DNA of 32,189 bases from Octopus sinensis. Its lineage: Eukaryota. The stretch is from positions 1-32,189 of the forward strand of contig NW_021832158.1 in assembly GCF_006345805.1 (NCBI RefSeq), written 5' to 3'. Shown in pieces: positions 21,903 through 32,189 of the stretch (the stretch's first letter is position 1; every line of letters begins with the position of its first letter). The notes beneath the pieces were generated by a model. That model was not told the origin of the DNA. It ran no database searches and saw only the letters and a program-made list of their open reading frames with translations. A program made the translations under genes and the position numbers.

Positions 21903-22105
21903 AGAAGGAGGAGGAGGAGGAGGAGGAGAAGGAGGAGGAGAAGGAGGAGGAGAGGAGGAGGAGGAGGAGAAGAAGAAGAAGAAGGAGGAGGAGGAGGAGG
22001 AGGAGAAGGAGAAGAAGAAGAAGAAGAAGAAGAAGAAGTGGAGGATGAGGGGAAGGATGTAGAGGGGGAGAATGGGAGGGGAGGAGAAGAGAAGGAGAAG
22101 GGGGT
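21793..22105. repeat. (GAA)n/(GGA)n polypurine tract
   Basis: About 245 bp of uninterrupted purines followed by purine-rich sequence. Confidence 0.95.
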
Positions 22106-22990
22106 GAAGCAAACAAAACAAGAAAAGTCATAAAATATGCAGGAAAGAATGCGTTTCATTGTTATTTTGACAATGAAGTATAAAATCCGTGACATGTGGC
22201 AAGTGTCGGATTCATAAATTTTAAGTGAAGGCTTGAGAAATAAAGAGATTGTCTAGTTATTAGAAGTGTGGCTGTATGAGAAGTAACTGCGGTTGCATTA
22301 GCTACCATAAAAGTGTTGCTGGCCGTATCGAGTAAAATGACTTAAAAAGGGACAAAATAATGCAAATGAATAAATATGTTGTTAAATATCAATTTCTTTC
22401 CGAAGAATTAGACCCCAAATGTATAAGTAAAGAGTAAAAGGGAGTTTTGACTTTATGAGTGTCTGGTTTCAAGTTATGAAACTATATCAAGTTGTCAAAG
22501 ACTGTATCTCCAGTTTCGTGTACGATTAAGAGGTGTCACACCTCCTCAACCATATAAAAAAAATCCAAGAATAATGACCCAAGCCGGCAATTGAAACCCT
22601 GTTATAAATATAATTCGCCATAACTTTCAATAACTTTAGTATGGTAAAGAAAATGAAATATTTATATCTGAGAATTGAAATCGAAAACCTGGAAGATTAT
22701 TTCGGAGCCAGCTTCGTTGGTCTGATTCATCCCGGCATGTCAGACTGTACAACATCATCCACGGTTCGGCGGAGAAATGGTATACCCAAGAAGATAGATT
22801 TGTGGTTCGCACCTCGTTGTTCAGTTAATTACGCCACATGGCTGTTCCGTCAGCGCTAGCCTGAGGCTACCAACAAGTTGGAGTATTTCATGCTTTCAAG
22901 TTTTGTGTTGGAAGTATTTCTGCTATGATTGACACCAACTTTCTCCTTTGTGAACGCCATAAAAATAACTATCAAGTAATAACTGTGATA

Positions 22991-23142
22991 AAGCAGCGAG
23001 ATGGCAGAATCGTTATCACATCGTACATAGCATTTGTTCTGGCTCTTTACGTCCTAAGTTCAAATTCCGAGATAAACTTCCGCCGAGATAAACTTTACTT
23101 TTCATCCCTTCAGGATCGATGAAATAAAGTGCCAGTCAAGTG
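22991..23142 (+). mobile_element. Diverged SINE family A copy
   Basis: GCGAGATGGCAGAATCGTTA...AGTTCAAATTCCG...TTTCATCCCTTCAGGATCGATGAAATAAAG. Confidence 0.75.
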
Positions 23143-23242
23143 TACGCATTAAAAACGGTGTTCAGCCATACGTTGTTGGAAATTTGCATATGTACATAGA
23201 CACACACACACGCATACATACATACACACCTACATATATACA

Positions 23243-23779
23243 TCGAATAAACTTAGAAAATCCCTCTGTTGTGGAATACATTCATAAACACCAACTCAAG
23301 GAATACTGGAGGAATATTCCCATCAAAACTTCTGTCAAATGTAAGCATAACAGACCGGATATTGTTGTTTGGGACAGAGGAACAAAAGTATGTACAATCA
23401 TAGAGGTCAGCTGCCCTGCAGATATAAATATCTCTTTGAAAATCAAAGAAAAAGATGGGATTTCTATGGACAACTGCTTTGAAACCTCCAGCTTCTATAA
23501 CCAGACTATGAATTCATATTCATACCAGTAATAATTGAAGCACTGGTTTTGTTAGTAAATGCTTGAAGGAGGATTCTGGATAAACTGTGATTTTCAGAAA
23601 GAGAAATCGACCAGCTAATTCATACACTACAAGTGCAAATTGTGAGTAGAACAGTAAAAATATGCAATACTTTTCTCAAGTTCCAAATGTGAATTTGTCT
23701 GTGTTAACTACATCCCAAAGATGGAGCCTTGTATCTTTGTTGGAAACCACTCCCTCCTCAGTGGAAGATTTATAATAAT
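23243..23779 (+). mobile_element. R4/Dong-clade LINE 3' fragment (RLE endonuclease plus 3' UTR), third subfamily
   Basis: YWRNIPIKTSVKCKHNRPDIVVWDRGTKVCTIIEVSCPAD...KIKEK...FIPVII. Ends TATAATAAT. Confidence 0.88.
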
Positions 23780-23864
23780 TTTTAAAAAATAGAAGAGACA
23801 TGCATACACATAAATATATGTGTGTGCTTGTGTATACACACAGGTTCAGCAGGCTCTATTGCAA

Positions 23865-24670
23865 ACCAAGCAAAAAGTTGCCACTCGCCTATAGTGGTTA
23901 AAAACGTTTAAACGGTGTCAGTCGTAAGATATTGAACCTCTCCGCTAAATAAAGATGTCTTCAAAGCAGCGGCTCCTCTTATAATGTGACTCTGGCAGCT
24001 AGTGATTTTAACGACATCACTTCTATGCCCAGTCCTGACACCCCAAGTGAAGGTGCCGCCAAAAAGTTAACTGGCTGCTCTCTCGTCAACCTTCTCATAC
24101 ATTGTGAAAATCCGAGTGGGAGAGACCTTCCTTAGATTCGTAGATAAACAATAGGAAAATATTCAACAGACATATCTTAGAGGCTTCGTTCATCTGTGCA
24201 CTCAGTGTCTAAAAAATATTATTACCTCAAAGTCGCGCACAGAAGCAGGATATTTATAAAGAGTTTACAGTGACAGCCCAGTGAATGATCAATGTAATAC
24301 ATATGTCGTGGTCAACGGAGCAGAGATAGTGTCAACCAACACCAATAGAACGACATATACACAGAAATATGGCTAGACTGAATAATCACTGATCCTCTTT
24401 TAAAAGCAAAGAGAGTTAAAATTTTACAACTATAGCTAGCTAATATGGCGATTAAGAGAGTAAACTCACCGTACATCACCTGGAAACTGCAGAAAGATCC
24501 TGGGCCATATTTGAATGTGAGTAGAAGATGCAGGCTCTACTCGGTGGAGAGGAGAATCATTCTAAACAATTCACATGACCCAGGTACTTTCCTAAACTCA
24601 AACAGAGAAATTATCTTTATATTTTGCTAGAATAGTTTCCATTGTTATTCGAAATTCTTCATCCGAATCC
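23865..24670 (+). mobile_element. Decayed Penelope-like element (RT thumb, linker, GIY-YIG)
   Basis: HSPIVVKNV..GVSRKILNLS..KDVFKAAAP; TIGK; SPVNDQCNTYVVVNGAEI; ITWKLQKDPGPYLNVSRRCRLYSVERRIILN...FLNSNREI. Confidence 0.8.
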
Positions 24671-25135
24671 CGTATTTAATATACCGGTTTATATTTTTCA
24701 CTTTTTAAATATTCTAAAAGACTATATCTAAAGCCATACAAGACTAACTGGGTTGCTCAGAATCGAAGTATAATCCTTTTAAACTTAATCCACTTCAGTT
24801 TGAAGTTCCTTTCCTGTCACTTTGAAATCTATTTCCTCTTGATTTCCTACATCTTAAGTATTTGGTTAAGAAGAGAAAAAAGCAAATATTTGTGCGTTAG
24901 ACGGAGAAGGAAATCCCTCGGACGGCAACTTGGGAAGTTGGTGTTTGTGCGTGTTTAGCGTTAACTTTTAACTATTCCAAGATGTTTTACGTGAAATTCG
25001 TTTCCTTTCAAATTTATTCTCAAAAGTTTCACACACGCACATACACACATATATGCACTCACTTACTCCCACACACACTCACACACACATATACATACAT
25101 ACATACATACATACATACAAATATACATACATACA

Positions 25136-25388
25136 TAGGAGCACTCCGTCGGTTACGACGATGAGGGTCCCAGCTGATACGATCAACGGAACAGCTTGCT
25201 CGTGGAATTAACGTGCAAGTGGCTGAGCACTCCACAGTCACGTGTACCCTTAACGTAGTTCTCGAGGAGATTCAGCGTGACACAGAATGTGACGAGGCTG
25301 GCCCTTTGAAATACAGGTACAACAGAAACAGGAAGAAAGAGTGAGAGAAAGTTGTGGTGAAAGAGTACTGCAGGGATCACCACCACTC
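25136..25388 (-). mobile_element. Headless SINE family B variant within (TACA)n
   Basis: 25335-25385 matches the family B linker (GAAAGAGTGAGAGAAAGTTGTGG-GAAAGAGTACTGCAGGGATC). The remaining 200 bp is a different 3' module. Confidence 0.8.
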
Positions 25389-25499
25389 CATACATACATA
25401 CATACATACATACATACATACATACATACATACATACATACATACATACATACATACATACATGTGTGGGTGTATTCATTTTCTTGACATTTGAACGAA

Positions 25500-26340
25500 C
25501 ACCCTAAAGCAACGAACTCGGAGCGTATGTGATCATCTCCAATGGAAAAAAGTTTTCGATATCTCTCTTCATAGAGACTGCGAGTTCGTCGTGATTTAAG
25601 TTACATGTGTGACGCTTGGGTATGGAAGGTTATGGATAAATGGTCGGTTATTTGTTTAGTAGCAGATGCTGGAGTTGAGAGCAAGTAGGTTTTTGGTGTA
25701 AAATGAGATCGAGTGTGATCCTCATTATGCAAGACTCCTGGACTACACCTGAGTTGATAAACTGTGATTCTTTGAAGCCTCTATTAACACATACTTTGAT
25801 AGTGTGATATGACAGAAGCTACTGAGCAAAGGTGTGAGAAATGGAAAGAACCTATCGGAAGGCAGTTTTCCTGGGAAATTGATGTGATAAACACGGCTGA
25901 ATGCTTTGTTATTTTTTTCCTAAAATTTCTCGAGGTCGATGATCTACCACTGAGAGAGATAGAAAAGTAAGCTTTTTAGTAGATATGGATTTACGAAGGC
26001 TGTTCTGGTGTTCATTAAAGAGGAACGATTATGGTGAAGTAAAAGTTTGCTGCTAACAACTGTTTTCATCAACTTTGAAATATTGGAAGTGAGAGTTGTC
26101 GAACGATTACTAAGAGAGAGGGAGTCATATGTTTTGTCCCTAGGACATACTGTATGTCGAATGTTTTCAAAGACTAGTATAACTCTGAGAGGTGGGAAGA
26201 GATCGATAAGGCTGGCGGGGAAAAGGTACTCTGAGAAGGCTTGTGATCTTATTGATTTGAAGAGACTGGAAATGCTTTTGCAGTTGGCGTATATCCACGT
26301 AGCGGGGATCCTTGTAGACTAAATAGAAATAGTTTTGGGG
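25500..26340 (-). mobile_element. Highly decayed CR1/L2(Jockey)-type reverse transcriptase
   Basis: In the expected order on minus: NRSTTLTSNISKLMKTVV (cf. NYRPISLTS..SKLME), NEHQNSLRKS (cf. QYGFR), INSGVVQES (cf. SGVPQGS). Confidence 0.7.
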
Positions 26341-26945
26341 CATTTACTGTGTATATGGAGTTGGAGGCAAATTAGACAGCAAATGCGAAGGGGTTTCTCT
26401 GTGAAAGTACTCTTTGCAAAACCGTCATGTGACTCCGAAATATTAAGTTATTTCTGTACCAATTCCTTTCACAAATTTTCGGAAAAATTTGTATCTGTTC
26501 CTGTATACATATCTCTGCTCATAGAATACAATTATGCATGGGAGAAATCACGTAATCCCGTGGAGCCGATTTTTACTCCTTCAAATTAAAGACTTAACTT
26601 GAACTGTAACAAAAACCTTTTCAGTTCCAATGATTTTGACATTTTGCTAAATAGTTCCTGCAATTTCCCTGCTATAGATCAAATTCTAGAAATAAATCTT
26701 ATTTATAGTTAACAGAGTATTTATTTATTTCCTTTATCTGTAATTATAATTGATAAATAAATAAGTTATCAACCTCGTAACTCTTTGAATAATAAGATGC
26801 AGATATGCAACCCTCAATCCCATAAAAACATAAAAATATAAGTAAATATGTTCCTGTTGTTGATACTGTAGTTTAGCTACAGGTCAGCTCCTGCTGAACA
26901 GACATAACCCAAAGTAACCCTACTCTAGCTACCTTGTCATTTATT

Positions 26946-27215
26946 CTATTGTTGCCAACTTTCGTCGAGCTCTGTGCCAGACAAGTCACATATTTCGATC
27001 TTTTTACATTGTTCCATCATTGTATCTTTCAAAGTTGATAACACCAAAGGTTCCCTTCTCTTTACAGGAATACATTGGCTGTTGGTGTTTATTTCTTCAT
27101 CCACTCTTAAAGCATAATCAACATTAAAAAAAATTAATACAGTACTTCCAGTTGGATTTTCTTCATCGAAAAAAATTTGGATATCACCAGCATCAGTCAA
27201 AATAACTAAATTACT
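26946..27215 (-). other. Unassigned non-repetitive ORF (possible terminal exon or pseudogene fragment)
   Basis: About 90 open codons of normal complexity, with the stop directly followed by AATAAA. No recognised domain. Confidence 0.2.
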
Positions 27216-27231
27216 CCTGATACTTGAGAGT

Positions 27232-27320
27232 AACCTCGGTCATATTTGAGTTCAGAACATAACATGCAAAAAAAATTTGTTAAAGTATTTTGTCCCATGT
27301 CTTAAGAATTCTACCAATAC
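27232..27320 (-). mobile_element. Decayed SINE family A head fragment
   Basis: ACCTCGGT...TTTGAGTTCAGAACATAA...AAGTATTTTGTCC. Confidence 0.55.
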
Positions 27321-27959
27321 AACGTCTGAAAAATACATGATTATCACAAAATCCCTTTTAAAACACTTAGAATTCAAAACTACATTGAAAGTCACAGTTT
27401 TTTTCTTACTGCGTAATTTTGAACATATCTCAATGTTCCTACTTGATTGCTAACATTTAAATCTGCCATTATATTTCTTTAGGTTGACCTTCATTTCATT
27501 TCTCGATATCACTTCCCGGTTGTAGAGCGTACACATCCTCTTAAGCTCAATGAGGTTAAATTAAGCTTAACATCCACGTTCGTGTATGTGGTAGTCTGAT
27601 GGATTAAATAAGTTCATGTGTCTATGAATGCGTACGTTGCTGCATTCACTCTCTGACTGATTCTTCAACCAGTCCTCTCTTGACATGCATATCTTTCTCA
27701 AGAATTTCCTGTTCCGCTCACAGACCCTATTAAAATGCTTGTGTGAGTTTTCCCATATGTGTATGTGTGTGTCTGTATCTTAGTTTGCCTATCCATTTTA
27801 GATTATATTCATGTAAGTGGCTGTTTCGAAAGTTTTAAAGATTTTCCTTATTAAACAATACGGAAATGATTTTCAGGTTCATCTTAAAAAGGAGGGGATG
27901 TGAGATGGGTGTGTTGTCGACTATAGTATAAGTGGATCGAGGTCAGATCTACATGAATC

Positions 27960-28010
27960 CATTTATACATATACATTAATATCATGAGTGTGCATATACA
28001 TACATACATA

Positions 28011-28049
<39 letters not shown>

Positions 28050-28066
28050 GTATATATACTACATAA

Positions 28067-28105
<39 letters not shown>

Positions 28106-28408
28106 GATGTATGTATGTATGTATGTACGTATGTATGTATATAAACACACACATACACACATATATATGTGTACGTATGTATGTATATATATGTATATAT
28201 CTGCGTATGCATCTATGTGTTGTTTGCACACATGTATATGTATTTGTGTGTATGTATAATATATATATATATATATATACATGCGCACATAAATAAATGT
28301 GTGTGCATTTATGTATATATGTATACAGACAGACATACATGTACACACACACCCACGCGCACGCACGCACACACACAACATACATACATACATACATAAA
28401 TGTATGTA

Positions 28409-28462
<54 letters not shown>
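27960..28462. repeat. Compound microsatellite field
   Basis: Direct reading. Confidence 0.9.
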
Positions 28463-28467
<5 letters not shown>

Positions 28468-29084
28468 GATTTCAATATCGACAATATTAATATCATCAGT
28501 ACTACTACAATATATTGATATGTATACAACAGATTTTCTGGCCTCCTCTCTGACAAAAAATATCATCACGAAATGAACAATCAAGTGAATCACAAGATGA
28601 GAAATCCTTTCTAAGAGCCGCCACGAAAACAAATTCTAATTTACTAGCTTTTACAAGGTAAGCGTAAACATTCGAAAAACTGGAAGATCGCAGAATCATC
28701 ATCCTACACGCAAGACAAAACGAAACTCAACAGAGTGTTAGACTACCCTGATAAACAATGACAGATTAAGCATCATCATCGCCTTATATCTTAACCCTTG
28801 GTGGTTTCAGCTCGAGAGCTGCGACCATGTTGAGACTACTTTTTTTGTAGCATTATACCTAAAACTAGCCGTTACTTGAAAGTGAGTATAATTTAGTGAA
28901 ATGTACCAAACTCTCATTAATTGTTTTAGGCGCGTATGTCATCGCCAGCGTGCATAGAAACACCCTGTGTCTTCTGTCTCTTAATCCAGTGGCACAACTA
29001 GAACGTGGTAGCTAGAGTGTGAGAGAGGAAGAAGAAGAGAGAATGAAAGAAAGAGAGAGGGAGAAAGACAGAGGTGTATCAGCA

Positions 29085-29212
29085 CTGGCTGGTACTCATT
29101 TACTGCTGAGCATACAATTCCAGTAGAATGAAGTACTTTGCTCGAGGATACAAAGTATCTTCCAGTTCTAGAACTGAAGCCATAGCATTGTATTCACGAG
29201 CCGAAGGCCGTA
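29085..29212 (-). mobile_element. Old CORE-like SINE fragment
   Basis: CTGGTACTCATTTACTGCTGAG...ATGAAGTACTTTGCTCGAGGATACAA resembles antisense CORE-SINE sequence. Confidence 0.45.
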
Positions 29213-29286
29213 AGCTATGTATGTGTGCGCACGCGCGCGTGTATTCATGTATGTTTTGTACGTATGTATGTGTGTTTATGAGTATG

Positions 29287-29322
<36 letters not shown>

Positions 29323-30062
29323 ATATAAATAATATATAACTATATGCATATATCCATACATATATGTACATACCTACATATATATGTATATATACATGCA
29401 TATATGGTTACAGGTCATCAAAAAAAAAACGTTGAACACAATGAGAAACGAAAACATAAAATCAAAACATAGAAACGAACTCTTTTACATACAACGAAAA
29501 AAAAACAGAGTACAAGACATACAACACAAGGAATATTCCCCTTTTTCATTTGTCCCTGTTTTGTCTACTCCGCGGTTCAAAAGTAAGGACAAGACGTGAC
29601 TTCGTTGAAATAGTCCTTCCCGCAAAGCAAATTAAATTAAATTTGGGATCTTTTGCGGAGGGTATAAGTGGTAACAATAACAGGACACATGTACATATGC
29701 TGACACATACACACATTAACGCACACGTATTCAAGTACGTTAGTCTTGATAAGTTTCTTTACTTCCGTATTGTTATGTACATATAAATACATTTAGATCA
29801 CTAAAAACGTGGTCCATACATTTAATTGTGTTACATTCTGTGGGGGAAAAAACGCTTGTCAATCCAATTCAATTTTTATTTTATGTACGGTAGCCTCTAT
29901 AGGATTAAAAACATCTTGCTTTCTTATTGTTGCTTGATATGTTTTCTCGATTTCAGAACATATATGGACGCCGTCAAACTTTTCACTGAAAAAAAAACAT
30001 GAAAATACATGAGTATGTGTGCGTGCGTATAACTACGTGTATGAGTTGTGTGTATTGATATA

Positions 30063-30098
<36 letters not shown>

Positions 30099-30825
30099 TG
30101 CATGTATGTATGTATGTATGTATGTATGTATGTATGTATGTATGTATGAATGTATGTATGTATGTATGTATGTATTCACCTGTATGTGTGTGTGTAAGAC
30201 TGATATGACTATTTCATAAATTTCCCAAAATTTGTTCATATAAATATACTTATATTTAAATATACATACTTTTATAGATAGTGTATATATTTACAGACTA
30301 ACATGTATTTATTTCTATAAACCAACACATAAACATATGCATCGTATTTGTACAATATTGGCTATTTTCTTTGAAGTTTGGATTACAATATTAATCGATG
30401 CTCTACCATTTAGTGTCTTATTAATCTTATTTTATGTTACTTCGAAACTATAACATTTTATTTAAACATCATAGTCAAGCGCCTCGATAAAGATGTGGAT
30501 GTCTGGCCAATAAAGCCAAATCTTTTTATGAGATTGTATCTCCCTCGTAAGGTATGTTAATTTAAAATCGACGATCGTAGCACAAACTTTCATACGTTCC
30601 GATCCAAGCAGATGCGATACATTATATCCACGGAGAATAAAATATTGTATCGAATAAATGCATAAACTACATTTGATATATCATCTGCATGTTTACGATT
30701 ATGAATAGATCTAAAAGATCTAAAAGAACAAGCATAGAATAACTCATATCTTTATGTTATGAACTAGACATGAATAATAAATTACACTTTTGAAATATCA
30801 GAAACAATAGTCAGTAATTCTGATC

Positions 30826-30894
30826 GCACACACAGACACATAAAAACACATATTAATACACACACACACATACACAATTGCACACATACATATA

Positions 30895-30931
<37 letters not shown>

Positions 30932-31094
30932 TGTGTGTGTGTGTGTAGGTATGTATATATATGTGCGTATTTATGAATGTAGAAATGGATATATATATAT
31001 TAAAAAATATATACGTAGATAGCGTAGATATGTATACCATATATTCAGCCGCATGGCTGAATCGAATATAAAGATTTAAAAGAATATGTATATA

Positions 31095-31146
<52 letters not shown>

Positions 31147-31254
31147 GTACACATGACACACCCACATATACGTGGTGTATGTGTATATGTATTATATACG
31201 TCTGTGTATATATTGTAATATGAGCGCACACATAGATGCATACAAACACACACC

Positions 31255-31312
<58 letters not shown>

Positions 31313-31332
31313 CATACATGTGTATGTACATA

Positions 31333-31401
<69 letters not shown>

Positions 31402-31668
31402 TTATGTAAGTATAAATATATATATATATATCATGCCTCTGGCGGCTGAAGCCATATCTAACTTCATAAGACCGCCTGATTAATGTATATTCACATAATC
31501 TGTGAATGTCTATGATGTCTGTTCTGTGTGCGCGTGTATGTGTATTTATTGTAGGTGTGAGTTCTTCAGTGGCTGAGCGAGAAAGAGATAATCACCTGAC
31601 AAGTGGAAACTGTGGGCTGGTTTCGATCTTTGGTTGATTACACGTATACATACATGCATATATATATA

Positions 31669-31717
<49 letters not shown>

Positions 31718-31741
31718 CTACATACATATATGTATACATGC

Positions 31742-31828
<87 letters not shown>

Positions 31829-31860
31829 CATTATACTATATACATACATGCATACATACA
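30826..31860. repeat. Compound (TA)n/(CA)n/(TG)n microsatellite field with short unique islands
   Basis: Direct reading. Confidence 0.9.
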
Positions 31861-31861
31861 T

Positions 31862-32189
31862 CTTTTAACCATCAAGCATCGAAGTGCATCCCTTAACCAA
31901 CTTTGCATACATGAAGCTGATAACATCATAAGACTTGGAAGGCAGCTCCTTGAGCAACACTCTTTGTCTGATAACCTAGAATACATGCCCAAAGAAGTCG
32001 GACAACTCTACCACAACGTATCATCAGATGAAAGGATGAGCCTTTATGAGCAGAAGACTATGCATGGATATGTTAGTAGAAAACTCCGCAACATCGAGCA
32101 TCAAAGCAGTTTATCATGAATGAATAGCCGGATTATTACCTCCCGCTTTGAAGGGTATGCGTTTGCAATCCAGGAACAGAAATATCAAC
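31862..32189 (+). mobile_element. R4/Dong-clade LINE fragment running off the window
   Basis: YEQKTMHGYVSRKL...SSLS*MNSRIITSRFEGYAFAIQEQ parallels WQEKPLHG...ETEGFLIAAQDQ of the 19846 element. Confidence 0.85.

Noticed and set aside
23733-23779. Similarity of the R4 3' UTR (GCCTTGT...TTGGAAACCA) to the GGCCTTGTGCCAAAATTTGAAA SINE tail
   Set aside because: Too short and gapped to distinguish from chance by eye.
74-31896. Dozens of ORFs rich in YI, CV, HT, MYVC, poly-L/E/K/R/N
   Set aside because: They are translations of microsatellites, which lack stop codons in some frames.

Overview
AT-rich eukaryotic non-coding DNA, most likely an Octopus intron or intergenic region. That attribution rests on recalled resemblance of the SINE families and on extreme (TA)n/(TG)n/(TACA)n/(GATA)n/(TAA)n density. 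No intact host gene is supported, and most ORFs in the track are microsatellite artefacts. The window holds at least three tRNA-derived SINE families (one in a nested 1.5-kb cluster), a non-autonomous Helitron, five decayed R4/Dong-clade LINE fragments, a Tx1/L1-like 3' end, a decayed CR1/L2-type RT and two decayed Penelope-like (GIY-YIG) elements. The main unannotated signal is a set of short (100-550 bp) non-coding elements embedded in (TA)n microsatellites, each carrying a type I hammerhead ribozyme fold. Two have intact cores (865-937, 12683-12754), two are near-intact (1392-1449, 12983-13018) and several are relics. Two of them look like MITEs with long terminal inverted repeats but have the ribozyme in the spacer. 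This suggests non-autonomous Penelope-dependent 'foldback retrozymes'. All folds and alignments were done by eye.
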